Of a stretch of DNA of 64,000 nt, positions 1 through 9,569 are shown one piece after another (position 1 is the stretch's first letter; every line of letters starts with the position of its first letter). The DNA comes from an uncultured virus (IMG/VR IMGVR_UViG_3300038805_000284). Lineage: Duplodnaviria > Heunggongvirae > Uroviricota > Caudoviricetes. The stretch lies in the IMG/VR virus record IMGVR_UViG_3300038805_000284. The stretch is one strand, 5' to 3'. Under the pieces are notes generated by a model. The model ran no database searches, was not told where the DNA came from, and saw only the letters and a program-made list of their open reading frames with translations. The position numbers and the translations under genes were made by a program.

Positions 1-1
1 G

Positions 2-1291
2 TTTGTCCTCATCTTTAATGTTCATACCCTCCACAAAAGACTCAAAACCTATTCCATAACTATTATCGAAAAAGTATTTCAACTCCTTATAAGTCAAACC
101 CTTCATGGAATTTACCATATTAAAGGCAGAACTTTTTGCAAACTCCCTGGTAGATTCTGTTCCGTAAAAAATAGATTCAAGAACCTCGAACACGGTCATT
201 CTTGAAAATTTGTTCTCATAAACGCTCGGATCAATCCTGCTAATGTTCTCATCATACGCACCGTCAACTACAAAATCCTCATCTCTAGCCTTAACACCTT
301 CTGCCAAAACAGAATACCTGGCCATCTTTGTGACATCTGTGCAAAAAATATCAATGCTACTGCTCATGTTCACGTCACAAGATTCTGAACAAGAATCCAC
401 AAACCCGGTGAACATCCAATACCATCGTTTAGGATCAAAGGGATCCCTGAAAGCCACCCTAACAGGATCATTAGGGTGGAAAATAGTATCCCCAAGCATC
501 ATTGGGTAAGTGTATATCATCTTTTCTTTCAGTTTATTGAAAGACTCTTCATCATTGAAGTCTAAATCAGATAATTGCCTCAATACAACATTTGATGTAA
601 ACTTGATCTTCTTGTTAATTATTGACCGCTTTATGCTTCCCGGTATTCCTGCATCTACGTTTGCTATGAATTCGGTTTTTGGGTTAAATCTATCATTATT
701 ATAATTTTCTTTATACTTTCTTGCTTTGCTTTCTATATCTGCCTTAGCAGCATCTATTAAAGCATCATAAGATTCACTGCTTAGTGCCGATTTCTTGTTC
801 CTGTTCAAAAGAGCTTGAATGATAAGTCTGATTTCATCATTCGTTTTGCCTACAAAACTTTTTGCAAGTCTCTGAATTGTCTCGGGATCGCTAATCGTAA
901 GGTATTGATTCTTTTTCTTCAATACTTTTTCAACTGCTTTAATTTCGCTCAAAATAACATCGGGCGGAACCATAGTTGCTAAAGCACTCTTTTCGTAATT
1001 CTCTTTAGCCTTCGTTGCCCAATCCTTAGCTTTTTCTGCCCATGCAACCTTAGCAGCTCCCTTAACTTCCCCTATCTTATAAATATCCTCTTTTGTAATA
1101 ACGTAATCATCTCTAACATTTGCCAACGTAATGCTACAAGTTGACGGGGATCGTTCCACCGAACCACCAGTCTGATTGATACGGACACTTAAAACATCCG
1201 CAGAAACCTCTTTCCCAAAAATAAACACACGCGCTTTAGGGAAAGCAACCTTGTTCATTGAAGTTTCGTTAAGGAACTGAAAACTACTCAT
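2..1291 (-). CDS. Putative baseplate hub / tail protein (runs off the left edge of the window)
   Basis: Not in the ORF track because it is truncated. The ATG at 1291 overlaps the upstream stop. Manual translation begins MSSFQFLNETSMNKVAFPKARVFIFGKEVSADVLSVRINQT and includes WYWMFTGFVDSCSE...IFCTDVTKMARY, a hub-like 'F.G.V....' motif. It lies downstream of the tape measure genes. Confidence 0.55.
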   Translation of the reverse strand, partial: MSSFQFLNETSMNKVAFPKARVFIFGKEVSADVLSVRINQTGGSVERSPSTCSITLANVRDDYVITKEDIYKIGEVKGAAKVAWAEKAKDWATKAKENYEKSALATMVPPDVILSEIKAVEKVLKKKNQYLTISDPETIQRLAKSFVGKTNDEIRLIIQALLNRNKKSALSSESYDALIDAAKADIESKARKYKENYNNDRFNPKTEFIANVDAGIPGSIKRSIINKKIKFTSNVVLRQLSDLDFNDEESFNKLKEKMIYTYPMMLGDTIFHPNDPVRVAFRDPFDPKRWYWMFTGFVDSCSESCDVNMSSSIDIFCTDVTKMARYSVLAEGVKARDEDFVVDGAYDENISRIDPSVYENKFSRMTVFEVLESIFYGTESTREFAKSSAFNMVNSMKGLTYKELKYFFDNSYGIGFESFVEGMNIKDEDK

Positions 1292-2139
1292 TATTCAAGT
1301 TTCCCTTCTTCATACGTATCGATAGGATTGTTAACGAACATGCTTAAGTTTGTTGTCGCCACTCTATAAATCTCATCTAAAGGCGGGTATGAAGCCCTAA
1401 CCGTAAAACCGAAGCTGTAATTAACACTGTTCGGATTCATTGCATCGTCTGTGAAATCAAGAACACGGCTAAAGTGCCCCTCAAAAATTACAAAAGTATT
1501 TCCAAAAGTCGGCGTACTGTACGAAATGTAATAAGTAATGGGATCGCCGGTTTCAGGGTCAATTAAGGGTTCGCGTGTTAAAGAATACAGGTTAAGGAAG
1601 TTTGCCAACTTTGCAGAACCGGACCCTATGTAATCATTTGAAGCGATTTTTACCTGAGACTCTAAAGAATCGTTATGGTACATTTTCCTGGAAAGATCAT
1701 TCAATTTACTGAACGGCCTTCTATTTTCCTTACCCTTCTTCTCCCTTACAATGTCCCCAATTGCAGTAAACACCTTAGAAGCACCTTTACGGACTAGACC
1801 TGCCTTTAGGTTAATGTTACCGGTTTGTCCGGAAAACTCCATCTCCAAGATACCGTTATTCCTACCGTCCCTGTTTGTCCAATGGTAAAATACAGCACCA
1901 CCTTGGGTATATTGTTGCGTAATACGCTTGGATTGACTAAAAGACACACTAGACGGGTTAACCATCATGGAAACACCTCTAATTTTCTTATTTTGCCTGT
2001 AAGACGATGTAATGTAAAATGGTACACGTAAATGTTTACTGTCATGAGGGTTAAAAGACCGTTCCAAAACTGTTGCAAAGCTCGAAATCAGGAATTGATC
2101 TGGTTCTGCGTTTAAGTATCTTTCTGAAATGTTTTCCAT
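1291..2139 (-). CDS. Putative tail tube initiator / baseplate protein
   Basis: 282-aa ORF with 'VNPSSVSFSQSKRITQQYTQGG...W......MEFSGQTG' and 'FEGHF...DFTDDAMNP...YSFGFTV', a tube-fold pattern. It directly follows the tape measure genes. Confidence 0.6.
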   Translation of the reverse strand: MENISERYLNAEPDQFLISSFATVLERSFNPHDSKHLRVPFYITSSYRQNKKIRGVSMMVNPSSVSFSQSKRITQQYTQGGAVFYHWTNRDGRNNGILEMEFSGQTGNINLKAGLVRKGASKVFTAIGDIVREKKGKENRRPFSKLNDLSRKMYHNDSLESQVKIASNDYIGSGSAKLANFLNLYSLTREPLIDPETGDPITYYISYSTPTFGNTFVIFEGHFSRVLDFTDDAMNPNSVNYSFGFTVRASYPPLDEIYRVATTNLSMFVNNPIDTYEEGKLE

Positions 2140-2152
2140 AAGTTTTTTCCTT

Positions 2153-5100
2153 TTATGACGGGGTTACTGGATTTATGTCCCTAATATCCGTGAATACAGG
2201 CTCATCTACAGCGGGCCGTGAACCGGATCCTTTTGTCACTGGGGCATCCCCAAATTCCCCTTTGTCCCTCAGTAATCTATTAGGATCGTCTTTACCGCCC
2301 TTACCTGCACCTACAATCTCATAAAACCTGCGCATTTGATTAAACCCACCGTCACTTCCATGTTTCCTTCCGTAATAAGCAACTTCTCTCATATTGTCTT
2401 GCCTCATAAACTGATTACTTTCTCTTATATCCTTTCCCTTATTATGATCATAGAAATGAGTAGCGCCTCCCACCCTTTCACTACTAACAGGTTTGGCTAA
2501 AGATTTCCTCACCATTTCCTCAACTCTTTCCAGCCTCTTTTTACCTTTGTTCGACGTAGTGTCTACGCCCCATGTAGAATACGCCCTATTTCCCCCTTGC
2601 GCACCCAACCCTTTATTGCTTGTAACAATGTTTTCAATGTTACTTCCAAACCTTTTCAACTTCTCCCTATTCCTGATTGTCTGAACAAGATCATCTAATT
2701 GGGCTTGATCATCAAACCCTTCTGCCATTACCATTAAAGAAAGTGCCCGGACATTTCTTGAATCCTGATCATCCCCCATAGCCTCCAGCTCTCTTTGATT
2801 GTGGAGGGTGTCACTATCCCCTTTTCGGATCCTTTCAGCTTCCTTTTCTGCAATGGCTTCCTTTTTAGCCTTATCCTTCCCTGTAGCAGATTTAGCATCC
2901 GCAACGGCTTCATAATATCTTTGGCTTATACCCGATCCCACGCTCCTGATAACGTGTCCTTGTTCATTTGTTGGGTTCTTGGCCACTCTTTCGTTCAACA
3001 TTTCCTCTTTAAACTGATTTTGATCATAACTTAGCCCACACTTAGGGCATTCACCTACCAAACCGACTTCCATATCCCCATTAGCCCTCATTCCAAAAAC
3101 AACTATCCGTAACGGATTATTTTTGTTACCTTTCCAATCTCCACGGCCGTGAAGTTTTTCTATATCCTTCCGATAACCTTCGGCTAATTCTTCAAGACTT
3201 TTCCCCGTCCCCAATGTAGGGTGTTCCCCAGATTCCGCCATTTCTAACAATCCTGTCCTAGATTTAAGCATGTCTTGATGGCCTTTCTTCATGAAATCAC
3301 CATAATCCATACCCAAAACATCCGTCCCTATTGCCGTAGTCCCTGCTTCAGCAGGAATAACAACAACTTGAACAGTCGGTGGTGGGGTTACGCTAAACAC
3401 TCCACCAGGATTCAATCCTGCCCTGTAATCTTCTCTGCCAGAAGTGATCCCGTCATAATCAGGCCCGTCAACATCGGGAACCTCACCAGTACGAAGATCA
3501 ACCGTCAATGCCCTCCTAACCATATCAATAGAGTCGCCTATCACTTTGGCTTCAACAATCTGCCCTGCTTTTTTAAGGTGCTTCATTCCCTTGGCAAACG
3601 TACCTTTCTCGGAATTGTCCCAAGGGATCTCACTCATCACAACATTCAATATCCTATTAGTTTCCCTTACTCCATCTTTTCCCTTAAAGATGTTTACAAA
3701 CAAACTCGGAACCGCCCTAAAAAACAAAACCAATTGCCCTAACGCTTTTGCCATAAGACTCATAATTCCTGTACCGATAAAAGACATTCCCTTCATCCAA
3801 TGAGTCATGGCCTGTTCCCAACCTGTTCTTTTATCCCTGTCCGTTTTAAAAGAATCACGGACAGTCTTTAACAGTTTCCTAGATTCTTTCCCTCCCGCTG
3901 TAGCACTCTTGACACCCTCTGTTTTCAGGACCTTCCAAAGGTTCAATGCAGCGACGGCACCTTCATCTGATAAACTCAACATTGTCCTTAGCATGTACGC
4001 AAGCCTATCTTCATTATCACCTGTTATCTCATGAATAGCCTCTACTGCTTTTAATATAAAATCTTGAGCCTCCTCCGGGGTATCTTTCCCAGAACCTAAC
4101 CTCAAAGCCAATGTTCTGAACCCAATAACTGCACTAATACCTGTCCCTAAACCCATTTTCGAACCAATGTATGCAGCCCATTCATCTGATACGTTCGCCA
4201 GACCAGAACCTAGATCCGTCAAACCCTTTGAAAAATACTTTGCAGACATTTGGTTAGGTAGCCCGGCTTCTTTGGCAGCCTCACCGAGATTTGCAAAAAG
4301 TGTTGCAGAAGACTCTAACCCAAAGCCTAAATTCCTTAACGATTCTGCGGCATCTTCTGAATATTTGATAAACTTTGCAGGTCCAATGCCTCCAAAAGAA
4401 TCGTCCATTCCCAGGGTGGCCATCTTGAACATTGTATCAGAAGATGCTTTTAATGACATTCCGTATTCTTCTGAATACTTTACCATTTTTGCAGCGGTTG
4501 TCCCACTCCCCACGTTAAGTGCCTTGTCAAAACCTAGCGCCAAAGACGCTACGTTTTCACCAACATCCCCAAAACCTTTTACGGTTTTTTGAGTCCATTC
4601 TCGGATCGAAATTCCGCCCTTTACAAACTCGCTAACAGAGGCTTGATAGTCTTTACGATCAATTAAATAATTGACCCTTAAATGTTCCTGAAATTCCCCC
4701 ATTTTCTTTGAAGTACGATCAACCAGTTGCTTTTGTGCAGCGTCTGAAGATGCAATCAGAATATCAAAAGCCTCCCCTGTTTCTGCCTTAAGACGTTGCT
4801 GTTCGCTTACACCGTATGCTGCCAGCGCCGTCAAACCGGCCATAATAGAACCGGCAACAGGTATCTTTAAAGTATTTCCAAACTGTTGCATTTTCCCCAT
4901 AAATGAGGAAACTTCTTTTTCTGCCAGACCCTTACCTTTTTGTGGTTTTCGAGGATCCCTCCTGGTACCTGGAATTGCCCTCTTAGGGGGTCCGCCCATA
5001 TCGTCTAATTTGGCCGTTACATGGCCAACCTTCTTGCGAAGCGGATCTAAGGCATCTGTAAGTTTATTGCTATCAAAACCTTGATAAGTTCTATAAAACC

Positions 5101-5335
5101 CGTCAAGATATTCAGACATTTCAGCAGTTCTTTGGGCAACGGATTCCGAATAATCCGTAACAGCGTTCACAGATTCTGTTGAAATGAAATTTTGAAGTAC
5201 ACTGGAAGCCTTGCTTAATGTACTTTCCAGTTTATCGAAATACGCCTCATTACCAGAAGACAAATTGAACAGAACATCTCTTAAATCGGATAAGGATGCT
5301 TTTATCTTATCAAGTTGTCTAACGTCTGTTATCAT
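2153..5335 (-). CDS. Tape-measure-like protein 2 with C-terminal cell-wall hydrolase (SleB/Hydrolase_2-like) domain
   Basis: 1060 aa, helical and Ala/Gly/Lys-rich with hydrophobic segments. The C-terminus 'LSLMVMAEG...VQTIRNR...FGSNIENIV...GGATHFY' matches the SleB-type pattern. Confidence 0.7.
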   Translation of the reverse strand: MITDVRQLDKIKASLSDLRDVLFNLSSGNEAYFDKLESTLSKASSVLQNFISTESVNAVTDYSESVAQRTAEMSEYLDGFYRTYQGFDSNKLTDALDPLRKKVGHVTAKLDDMGGPPKRAIPGTRRDPRKPQKGKGLAEKEVSSFMGKMQQFGNTLKIPVAGSIMAGLTALAAYGVSEQQRLKAETGEAFDILIASSDAAQKQLVDRTSKKMGEFQEHLRVNYLIDRKDYQASVSEFVKGGISIREWTQKTVKGFGDVGENVASLALGFDKALNVGSGTTAAKMVKYSEEYGMSLKASSDTMFKMATLGMDDSFGGIGPAKFIKYSEDAAESLRNLGFGLESSATLFANLGEAAKEAGLPNQMSAKYFSKGLTDLGSGLANVSDEWAAYIGSKMGLGTGISAVIGFRTLALRLGSGKDTPEEAQDFILKAVEAIHEITGDNEDRLAYMLRTMLSLSDEGAVAALNLWKVLKTEGVKSATAGGKESRKLLKTVRDSFKTDRDKRTGWEQAMTHWMKGMSFIGTGIMSLMAKALGQLVLFFRAVPSLFVNIFKGKDGVRETNRILNVVMSEIPWDNSEKGTFAKGMKHLKKAGQIVEAKVIGDSIDMVRRALTVDLRTGEVPDVDGPDYDGITSGREDYRAGLNPGGVFSVTPPPTVQVVVIPAEAGTTAIGTDVLGMDYGDFMKKGHQDMLKSRTGLLEMAESGEHPTLGTGKSLEELAEGYRKDIEKLHGRGDWKGNKNNPLRIVVFGMRANGDMEVGLVGECPKCGLSYDQNQFKEEMLNERVAKNPTNEQGHVIRSVGSGISQRYYEAVADAKSATGKDKAKKEAIAEKEAERIRKGDSDTLHNQRELEAMGDDQDSRNVRALSLMVMAEGFDDQAQLDDLVQTIRNREKLKRFGSNIENIVTSNKGLGAQGGNRAYSTWGVDTTSNKGKKRLERVEEMVRKSLAKPVSSERVGGATHFYDHNKGKDIRESNQFMRQDNMREVAYYGRKHGSDGGFNQMRRFYEIVGAGKGGKDDPNRLLRDKGEFGDAPVTKGSGSRPAVDEPVFTDIRDINPVTPS

Positions 5336-5340
5336 TCCGT

Positions 5341-7824
5341 TTATGCGTGTTGAGCAGTTTCCGCCTCTTTTACGGCTTTGAGTAAGGTTCTGCTCTCAAT
5401 AACGGCAGATACTCTTGCTTGTCTGCCATCATTAGCGCTTTCCTTTTTGCTTTCCTGTTTCTTTTCTTTCATTCTTTTTCGTTGTTCTCTTGCTTCTATT
5501 TCTGCTTGTTTTTTTCGGTAATCATCTTCGGCAGCTTTTTCCGCCATTTTTGCAGCAGCAGCTCTCGGAATGGAAGCTAATTTATTGAAAAGACCTTCAA
5601 CATTATCTTTAGGCATTCTTTTGTCTATACCGAAATGTTCCAACCCCTTGTTTATACCTGAAATAGGAACATTAAGAATAGAGTCTATAACAACTCCAGG
5701 TACTTTACCTATAATTTCTACATACCGTCCCATCATCTCAAAAAGAATACCGATAAGGTGCATTGCAAGGTTATCGCTTTTCCTTAAGTAATTGATACCC
5801 TCCACAATATCATTAAAAATACTACTCATAGTAGTATCGCCGACATTAGCGTCTAATGCTATCTTTACGGGATCCATAATTGTTTTGAATACAGGGTTAT
5901 CTTTAAAAGCTTTTATAAGTTCATCCCCACCTTCGAAAACCTTATTCAAAGATCCTAGCATGTGTTTTGAAATATCAGTTTGTGCATTCCCGATAGCTTG
6001 TAACGCCCGAACAGCAGCCTCTTTAGTTTCATTATCTTTCCCGAACATCATGTTATAAGCTAATGGAATCACGTTAATAAGAGACCTGAAACCCAAAACC
6101 AATGTAGCAATTAAACCGGATGCAATGCCTAACAAACCTTCGCCAATCTTTGCTAATGCGTTAATAACGTCTCTTTGATTTTTTGCTAATTCTGTTAATT
6201 GTTCTCCTTCTGTCTTGAAAGCATCCTCAAGTTCCTTAATTTGAGCAGGCGTTGCATTCTTTAACCCTTTTGTAATGTCCCCTTTTAATGCGAGTTCTGC
6301 CACTTTGGATGCACTGATAGCATCCATTCCCAGTTCTTGTGTCAAGAATTGAATGAACCGAACCCTTTCCTGTTCGCTGTTACCCCGTACACCAACAAGA
6401 TTCTTAAGGTAATTCAGTACATACCCGAACATATTGATTTTTTTATCGCTGTTACGTTCTTCAGGGCGTAAAATCATTGTTCTGCCGCGTTGAAGCGCTG
6501 TAATGGCATCAAGATCCATCCCGTGAACATCTTTGTAATAGTTACGGAACATATCTGCCATCATACCTTCGGAAGCACTGAAAATTTTCCCCGCACTCTG
6601 AACAACCTGGGCCGCAAACTTACCGGCTTGTTGTGAAGACATTCCGCTTTTTTCATAGGAATCTTTAATATCCCTCATCAAACCGGAAACGTCCTCTAGT
6701 TCAATACCGTACTGTCTTAGGTTTGATGAAGATGACAAAACTGCACCAGTGAATTTGTCAATATCCATCCCAGAAGCCTGTGCTTCTAGGGCAAGTTTCT
6801 TGTACCTTTCAGCAGCGTTTCTTGCACTGTACCCGTAATCCTCAACAATGCCAATAGTCGCCTTCATGGCGGAACCAGTGGCCTTATTCATATACTTGTC
6901 CAAGCCTAATGTTAATGTGGCTACGTTTGCATTTACATCATCGATAGGCTTATCAAAGTCAGAATCTAAAAACTCCTTAATACCTGAATGTGCAAGTGTG
7001 GTTACTAACCCTTGAATCTCTTCTCTAGCAATCTTAAACTTCCACTGCGCATTCTCTTGAAACTCGGATAACCAAGCAGTGGCTTTTTTGCTTCTCGCAG
7101 AAGTTACTTCGCCAAACGCTTCGATTGCATTAAGCATTTCACCGCTTTCAGCACCTTTACGTTGCTTTTCTTTTACTCCTAGCATCATTAGGCCAATCAT
7201 TGCGCCTGCAATACCACCGCCAAGAGATGCAGTAGTGAATCCGCTCATGATACCTTTTACTTTATTGACGGCAGTTTTGGCCTCTTTCTCAATATATCCG
7301 CCTATCTTTGTGGAAGTTAACTTCCACTCTTTATCGGCTTTCTTTGAGGCCATAATGGCATCTTTTGACGCTTTCTTGATTGCCTCGGATTTTGCGGCAC
7401 CTTCCAATTCCTTTTCGGAAAGCTTGTCACCGGTACCTGCCGACATTCGAGTGAATGTCGAACCCGATAATGCTGCCCTGTCCGTACTTCTAGGGGGTTT
7501 CGGAAAGCCTCCACCTTCATCTACTTTTTTAATTTTTGTTAAAAGGGTTTCGATGTTTCCGGTAAGTCCTTCTACGTTCTTTGTAGATGCTTTTATCTTG
7601 CTTGCAAAATTTTCATAGAAATTATCAAGTTTTGACAGGTTACTTGTCAGAATAGCATCGATGGATTTGATACTGTTTTCTATCTTTACGATACCGTCTA
7701 AGGATTTATCAGAGGCAGTAATAACACCTGTGGACAACGCAGTAAGGGCCTTTTGAAGTTCTGTTACGTTACTAACAATCTTATCAAGATCAAAGGATAT
7801 TAAGTAATTAGTAGGGTCAGTCAC
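5341..7824 (-). CDS. Tape-measure-like protein 1
   Basis: 827-aa helical protein directly after the chaperone pair, with hydrophobic segments. It is visibly paralogous to 2153..5335. Confidence 0.7.
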   Translation of the reverse strand: MTDPTNYLISFDLDKIVSNVTELQKALTALSTGVITASDKSLDGIVKIENSIKSIDAILTSNLSKLDNFYENFASKIKASTKNVEGLTGNIETLLTKIKKVDEGGGFPKPPRSTDRAALSGSTFTRMSAGTGDKLSEKELEGAAKSEAIKKASKDAIMASKKADKEWKLTSTKIGGYIEKEAKTAVNKVKGIMSGFTTASLGGGIAGAMIGLMMLGVKEKQRKGAESGEMLNAIEAFGEVTSARSKKATAWLSEFQENAQWKFKIAREEIQGLVTTLAHSGIKEFLDSDFDKPIDDVNANVATLTLGLDKYMNKATGSAMKATIGIVEDYGYSARNAAERYKKLALEAQASGMDIDKFTGAVLSSSSNLRQYGIELEDVSGLMRDIKDSYEKSGMSSQQAGKFAAQVVQSAGKIFSASEGMMADMFRNYYKDVHGMDLDAITALQRGRTMILRPEERNSDKKINMFGYVLNYLKNLVGVRGNSEQERVRFIQFLTQELGMDAISASKVAELALKGDITKGLKNATPAQIKELEDAFKTEGEQLTELAKNQRDVINALAKIGEGLLGIASGLIATLVLGFRSLINVIPLAYNMMFGKDNETKEAAVRALQAIGNAQTDISKHMLGSLNKVFEGGDELIKAFKDNPVFKTIMDPVKIALDANVGDTTMSSIFNDIVEGINYLRKSDNLAMHLIGILFEMMGRYVEIIGKVPGVVIDSILNVPISGINKGLEHFGIDKRMPKDNVEGLFNKLASIPRAAAAKMAEKAAEDDYRKKQAEIEAREQRKRMKEKKQESKKESANDGRQARVSAVIESRTLLKAVKEAETAQHA

Positions 7825-8407
7825 TTATAATCCTCACTTTGCTCTTAGGCCGTTCAGGTACTGTTTCTAATTCTTTATCTTTTTCAGATAAAGGCTTGAT
7901 CATGCCTTTTATGGCATTTTTTGCAGACATCCACTTCAACTGCTTTTCAAAATCCATAGGTTCTTCAGGAAATACTATATCACCTTCTTCATCAAATTCC
8001 TTATCATCTACGGATTCCGAAGTGTTTTCTGAATGCCTTCCAAGTAACAAATCTCTCTTTTTCTCTAGGTCTTCTAACGTCAATCCTTCATCTTCTGTTT
8101 CTGCCGTTTCCAAGGCTTCTTCTTGGGCTTTCATTTCATCATACAAATCCTTAACACGGTTCAGAATATCCTCTCTAGCAGTCATTACAGACAAGGGGGT
8201 AAATTCATGATCTAAGGGAGGCCTAACGTCCCTAACTGCTACCCCTTGTTCGTCTACCCTTTCACTTTCAATCGGGATAATGTTAAGCCCTAATAAGTCA
8301 ATCAAGACTTTCCTGGAAATCTTAAACAGGCTCTCAATATCCTCATATTTCATTTCATCTTTTCGGGTCAAGCCTTCCAACTCGAAAAGCCATTGTGTCG
8401 AATTCAT
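7817..8407 (-). CDS. Tail assembly chaperone, C-terminal (T-like) frame, probably reached by -1 frameshift
   Basis: The reading frame stays open upstream to 8554, where it meets the slippery A-AAA-AAC of the preceding gene. Confidence 0.7.
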   Translation of the reverse strand: MNSTQWLFELEGLTRKDEMKYEDIESLFKISRKVLIDLLGLNIIPIESERVDEQGVAVRDVRPPLDHEFTPLSVMTAREDILNRVKDLYDEMKAQEEALETAETEDEGLTLEDLEKKRDLLLGRHSENTSESVDDKEFDEEGDIVFPEEPMDFEKQLKWMSAKNAIKGMIKPLSEKDKELETVPERPKSKVRIISD

Positions 8408-8511
8408 ACCCCTAACACTGGGATCTGAAATGAGAATGTCTTTCCTGGAAATAACCTCAGACTTAATCCTTAAATCCGAAACAACATACTTCCAATAGGG
8501 GAAATCCCGAT

Positions 8512-8991
8512 TCAGCTCTTCTTCTCTGCCTTTTCCGAAATTTCCCCTAATGAGTTTTTTACTTCTGCTTTCGCATCAATCCTTCGTCTTTCCAGCTCCA
8601 TCCAATGATCATTCAATTCCGAAATAAAATACGGGGATTGAATCTTTAACCAGTCATGAAACAATTTTGCATAAATAGTTGAAAACGTATCCCCTACGAA
8701 TTCTTCTTTTTCTTCATCATCTAAATTTTCGTAAACCGGCTTGAACATTTCTTCAATGGTTACACCGTCAATAGAACGGATACCCACAGAAAGGTTTGCG
8801 AGACGGGTGGACATTGCAATTGAAATGTTGTTTGTGGCATCTACCATGCTAAAGCTGTATGCCGTTTCAGCTTCGGTTAAAAGTCTCATTAGAAACTTTT
8901 TACCGTTAACCTCCACGGTATTCTCTAGCATGTCACCAGCGACTTCTTTTTGAAGGTCTAACAGAATTTTGTGCAGTTTTTTTCCGGACAT
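8512..8991 (-). CDS. Tail assembly chaperone (G-like)
   Basis: 159 aa between the tube and tape measure genes. It has 'LSVGIRSIDG' and ends ...EVKNS at a slippery site. Confidence 0.75.
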   Translation of the reverse strand: MSGKKLHKILLDLQKEVAGDMLENTVEVNGKKFLMRLLTEAETAYSFSMVDATNNISIAMSTRLANLSVGIRSIDGVTIEEMFKPVYENLDDEEKEEFVGDTFSTIYAKLFHDWLKIQSPYFISELNDHWMELERRRIDAKAEVKNSLGEISEKAEKKS

Positions 8992-9097
8992 TCCGAAACT
9001 CCTTTGTCTGCGCCTCTTTTATGAAAGGCTATGTTTGTGGGAAGGTAAAACCTTAGAATTAAGGTTTATAATATAGGGAAAGCAAAGTCAAGAACTA

Positions 9098-9556
9098 TTA
9101 TTGCGCTTTATAGCGGCGTTTATACATTAACGACGCATTTGCACGGACAATTCTATCGCCCGTAGCAGATTGTGATCTACCTAGCGAAGTAAACCAGCAA
9201 TCATCATAAACGTAAACTTCAACGGTGCCATCGGGATTTTTCCAAGTCTCAAGAATAGTCAAACCAGCAGATTGATCAAGAAGCATATCCCAGCCATTAT
9301 TGCCAGGTTCCCAAATCTCTTCCATCTTTGACTTGAACAGGTCGAAACGGTTCACCGTAACGGTCAGACCTTGAATGTTACCGGGCACGTTTTCAATAAT
9401 TTCACCGGGACTGGCACTATTCAATTCATATACCGGTGTAACAGTCCTGCCCTGTGCAGGTTGCCACTCTTGAATATAACCGATTGCATCGCCACTGCCT
9501 ACGTGAATAGACAGGCAATGGTCGGTTCTTACTGTGGTATTTGGGATTTTAGGCAT
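9098..9556 (-). CDS. Tail tube protein
   Basis: 152 aa directly after the sheath gene, with the myovirus tube pattern 'IGYIQEW...VYEL...ENVPG...YDDCWFTS'. Confidence 0.85.
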   Translation of the reverse strand: MPKIPNTTVRTDHCLSIHVGSGDAIGYIQEWQPAQGRTVTPVYELNSASPGEIIENVPGNIQGLTVTVNRFDLFKSKMEEIWEPGNNGWDMLLDQSAGLTILETWKNPDGTVEVYVYDDCWFTSLGRSQSATGDRIVRANASLMYKRRYKAQ

Positions 9557-9569
9557 TTAAGTGATCTCC

